NCBI GenBank assembly: GCA_965242725.1
Contig: CBDESZ010000028.1
Location: 1-19,595 of the forward strand
Direction: 5' to 3'
DNA: 19,595 nt
Origin: Alkalispirochaeta sp.
GTDB taxonomy: Bacteria > Spirochaetota > Spirochaetia > DSM-27196 > Alkalispirochaetaceae
Under the pieces are notes generated by a model, which was not told the origin of the DNA, made no database searches, and was given only the letters and a program-made list of their open reading frames with translations. Of this stretch, positions 16,801 through 19,595 are shown piece after piece. Position 1 is the first letter of the stretch. Each line of letters starts with the position of its first letter. The position numbers were made by a program, and so were the translations under genes.

Positions 16801-18887
16801 GCCCCCTATCGGAACGCTCCCGGAGAGAAATCGATCATTGCCGAAATACCTGCGACGACGCTCCTGGACCGGTGGCATGAATTACCCTGAATCTTCAGGA
16901 CCGGGAGCTCCGCATAGACGGTGACCGCATTTCCGGTGCCACCGTTACCGTCGGGAGCCGGGCGGACCGGGAGCTCATGCGGGTCGCATCGCTGTCGGTG
17001 GAAGAGATCGGCGGTACCACGACGGGCACCCTCTACTTTGATGAGCTTCACGCCGCCGATGCACGAAGCGGCGTCTCCGGCGCCGGAAGGATCTATGCCG
17101 CGTGGTCCCGGACGGTCACGGAGGGGACCTTTGCGGGGACACGACTCTACGTCTCACAGTCCGTCGCCGCCCAGGGAGCCGATTTCCGCCTCGCCGGGAG
17201 TGCCGCCGGCGGAACCACCGGCGGCGGTGACGCATCCGACGACGTATCAAACGGCGACGACGGTGGCGACTACAGCAGCGCCGGTGCCGGCACAGGCACG
17301 TCCGGCACCGCGGATTTCAGTTCCGGCGCCGGCGGCCCCTCCCTTCCGACGGCGTCCGGCGTCGTAGCGACGGATACGAGGGCGGGTCTCACGGCCGGAC
17401 CGTTTCACCTCGAGGGACGTGTCGTTACCCGGGGGAGGGATGACGAAGGTTCCGCCGGATACGGACACGAAGTAGCGATCCCCCTCCTGCCGGGAGGGGC
17501 CGTCACGCTCCGGGAGAGCTTCTTCCGGGACTACCGCTACGGCAGCACCGGCTATTCCCGGCAGGTGGGCGTACAATCGGCGAGGGAGGGCTGGGGCACC
17601 TACCAGGTCTCGGCGTCCCATAATGTGTCGGAACGGGAAACACAGCAGGCGTGGCGCGTGGACCTCGCCCCGCCGTCGATTGCAGCCCTCCGCCTTCAAC
17701 TCCGCAACGACATTTCCCTCTTCGCACCGGACCTGACCGTCTCCTCCCTCCCCTACGGCTCGAGCTGGCGGGAGAGTACTGACTACCTCCTCCCCGTCCC
17801 GGAACGACTCAGCGCCCAGGAACGGCGCCTTGAAAGCGGCATATCCCTGGACATTGCCGCCCTGGAACTCACCGGAGACGGCGGCTGGACAAATCGCAGC
17901 TCCCTCTCGGGCGAGCACGAAAGCCGCCTCGCCCTCGGAATCTCCCTCCCCCTCTCATTCGAGCCCGCCGGCCGCCGGCCGTGGAAACTGACGCCGTCAT
18001 ACAGCCGTTCCTATCTTTTTATAGAAGAACTTCGTTCCGCCGGGTTTGCAGACGATGGTGCCGCGTGGGCCAACCGCATCGCAGGGGAACCGGGGATGGT
18101 TACGGCGCTGCCCATAGCGGAACTCTTTCAGACGCTCCCGTCGCCCGAATTTGACGCCCCCCTGCCCGGGGGAGAGCGCAGAAGCTATGACGCCGAGGGG
18201 TCACTTGAGTTTTCCCGGGTCTTTACGTCCCGCATCAGCGATCTCTGGATCCCCTCCGCCGCCCGTCTCGACGTGGAACGCTCACTTGCCTGGGAGGGGG
18301 ACAGTATAGAGGACTCACGGACGTGGCGAATGGAGGCGACGGCGACGGCGGTCAATCTCTTCGGCCGGGAAGGTGCCTACCCGCGTGCACTTCTGTATGC
18401 AAGCGATGAATTCCGGAACAGCGTGACCGCCAAAATCACTGAACGACCTCGCAGCGACGGGAAACCGGCGTGGTCGGTCGGCGCATCCCAGGGTACCTCC
18501 ATGTACGGAGCAGGCGAGAACCGACTTGACTCCCTTCTCGGGGTTACCGCGTCCCGTGACAGCTTCTGGACCGTTGAGTATTACGGCGAAGTGACCTACC
18601 GGTGGATCGATCGCAGGTATCCACCGTTGAACGTGCTTGAGCGGCTGGAAGAGACGCCCTATTACCGCCATGAGGAACGGACGGCCTTCACCGTTACCAC
18701 GGAAGATGGAACGTTCAAGTTGGGCGAGGTAACGGCGGGACACCGGACGGAACTGATCATCACCAGACAGGGGTCAATCTCCCTCTTCGGCGACCTGGGG
18801 TGGACGATGGACGCCGGAGAGTATGAAAATGGGGCGCTCCACCTCATTGGACTGCGTATCGGAGTGGAAGGGCGATTGAGCTATTGA
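13807..18887 (+). CDS. Very large outer-membrane beta-barrel protein (~1693 aa) with SprA/Sov-like motifs; one-base frameshift near 16880
   Basis: Signal peptide from ATG 13807 (MGRDHRHLFHLIIAVIFIIPSVPAA), many amphipathic beta strands, and a C-terminal beta-signal LRIGVEGRLSY. Adding one A at 16880-16881 joins ORFs 13627..16890 and 16977..18887 as WHEITLNLQDRELRIDG...ELMRVASL. Confidence 0.8.
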
Positions 18888-18920
18888 CGTTCATCCCAGG
18901 AAAATCAATGCCGATGAATA

Positions 18921-18965
18921 TCGATAAGGAGTCCCCTACGGGCTATTATTAATAGTAACAAGGAG
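18921..18965 (+). promoter_or_regulatory. Putative sigma70 promoter and RBS of the last gene
   Basis: TCGATA (18921-18926), 17 nt, TATTAT (18944-18949) in an AT-rich patch. SD AAGGAG at 18960-18965 lies 6 nt before the ATG. Confidence 0.5.
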
Positions 18966-18971
18966 CCTGTG

Positions 18972-19595
18972 ATGCACAGAAATTGGGTTCTCGTTCACGC
19001 GATGATTATTTCCGCCCTCTTCATAACGGGGGGAGGCGGCGATTTATACGGACAGGACGGAGATAGCCCGCCGGAATCACCGATCACATTCCGCCTCGGG
19101 GTGACCTTCGGCGTAAACTCCTTCGTCGACGAGGAGAGCGGCGACATCGATACCTACCAACTCCTTTCCCTCCGGCCCGATATTGCCTACGGGAAGGTGG
19201 GAGTCGGACTTGACCTGCCGATAAACTACCGTTTCACCGCAGGTGACGGCAGCGACTTTGAAGTACGCCGGGAAGACTGGATACCCGACTCGGACAGAAC
19301 CTTCGCCGAGGTATATCTCCCCAAATTCCGCTACGTGCGGTACGGAGAAGACGGCGACCCGCTGTATCTCCGTTTCGGAGGGCTTGCCTCCACGACCCTC
19401 GGCAACGGGTTCATTATGAACGGCTACTCCAATGAGCTCTACGCGCCTCAGCGCCGCGTCTTCGGAGGAGTTGTAGAGATTGACGGTGACGCATTCGGCG
19501 TGCCCTACGTCGGTCTGGAAACAATGACCGCCAACATGGCCACGTGGGATGTGATGGGAGGACGGTTGTATCTCCGGCCCCTCGTCTCCACCGCG
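18972..19595 (+). CDS. Secreted / probable outer-membrane beta-barrel protein, 5' part; runs off the window edge
   Basis: Not in the ORF track. Open frame from ATG 18972 to the end: MHRNWVLVHAMIISALFITGG...FRLGVTFGVNSF...YQLLSLRPDIAYGKVGVGLDLPINYRF...PKFRYVRYGEDGDPLYLRFGGLASTTLGNGFIMNGYSN. It has a signal peptide and alternating-pattern strands. Confidence 0.85.
   Translation, partial: MHRNWVLVHAMIISALFITGGGGDLYGQDGDSPPESPITFRLGVTFGVNSFVDEESGDIDTYQLLSLRPDIAYGKVGVGLDLPINYRFTAGDGSDFEVRREDWIPDSDRTFAEVYLPKFRYVRYGEDGDPLYLRFGGLASTTLGNGFIMNGYSNELYAPQRRVFGGVVEIDGDAFGVPYVGLETMTANMATWDVMGGRLYLRPLVSTA

Noticed and set aside
14179..18743. Long minus-strand ORFs (319, 347 and 223 aa)
   Set aside because: These are antisense shadows expected from GC-rich codon usage of the large plus-strand gene.
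18891..18917. Sigma28-like promoter (TCAT-N15-GCCGATGA)
   Set aside because: The -35 match is weak, and a sigma70-like promoter nearer the gene explains the region; it cannot be fully excluded.
1..19595. CRISPR arrays, IS elements, tandem DNA repeats
   Set aside because: No regularly spaced repeats, transposase motifs or terminal inverted repeats seen, and the intergenic gaps are all short.

Overview
GC-rich (about 60% by eye) bacterial chromosomal window, most likely from a free-living spirochaete. That assignment is an inference from the ComFB-fusion, TPR and ion-transporter/HAMP gene types. From left to right: a minus-strand cluster (Cys/His-motif hypothetical, cysS, sufE-like, a frameshifted metallophosphoesterase and the 5' part of pepD); nrdR converging on a tRNA(CAU) through a shared long hairpin terminator; a 933-aa TPR protein and a membrane-anchored protein; a plus-strand run of HD-domain phosphohydrolase, ttcA-like, hypothetical and ComFB-family genes; a minus-strand trio (conserved hypothetical, pore-less voltage-sensor/HAMP membrane protein, DUF503); a ~1690-aa outer-membrane protein split by a single-base frameshift and carrying SprA/Sov-like motifs; and the start of a second probable beta-barrel gene. 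I see no mobile elements or CRISPR. The most interesting signals are the SprA-like giant outer-membrane protein in an apparent spirochaete, the voltage-sensor-plus-HAMP protein with no pore or output domain, and a repeated sigma70 promoter layout implying leaderless or near-leaderless mRNAs. Family assignments come from motif recognition by eye, not database searches.
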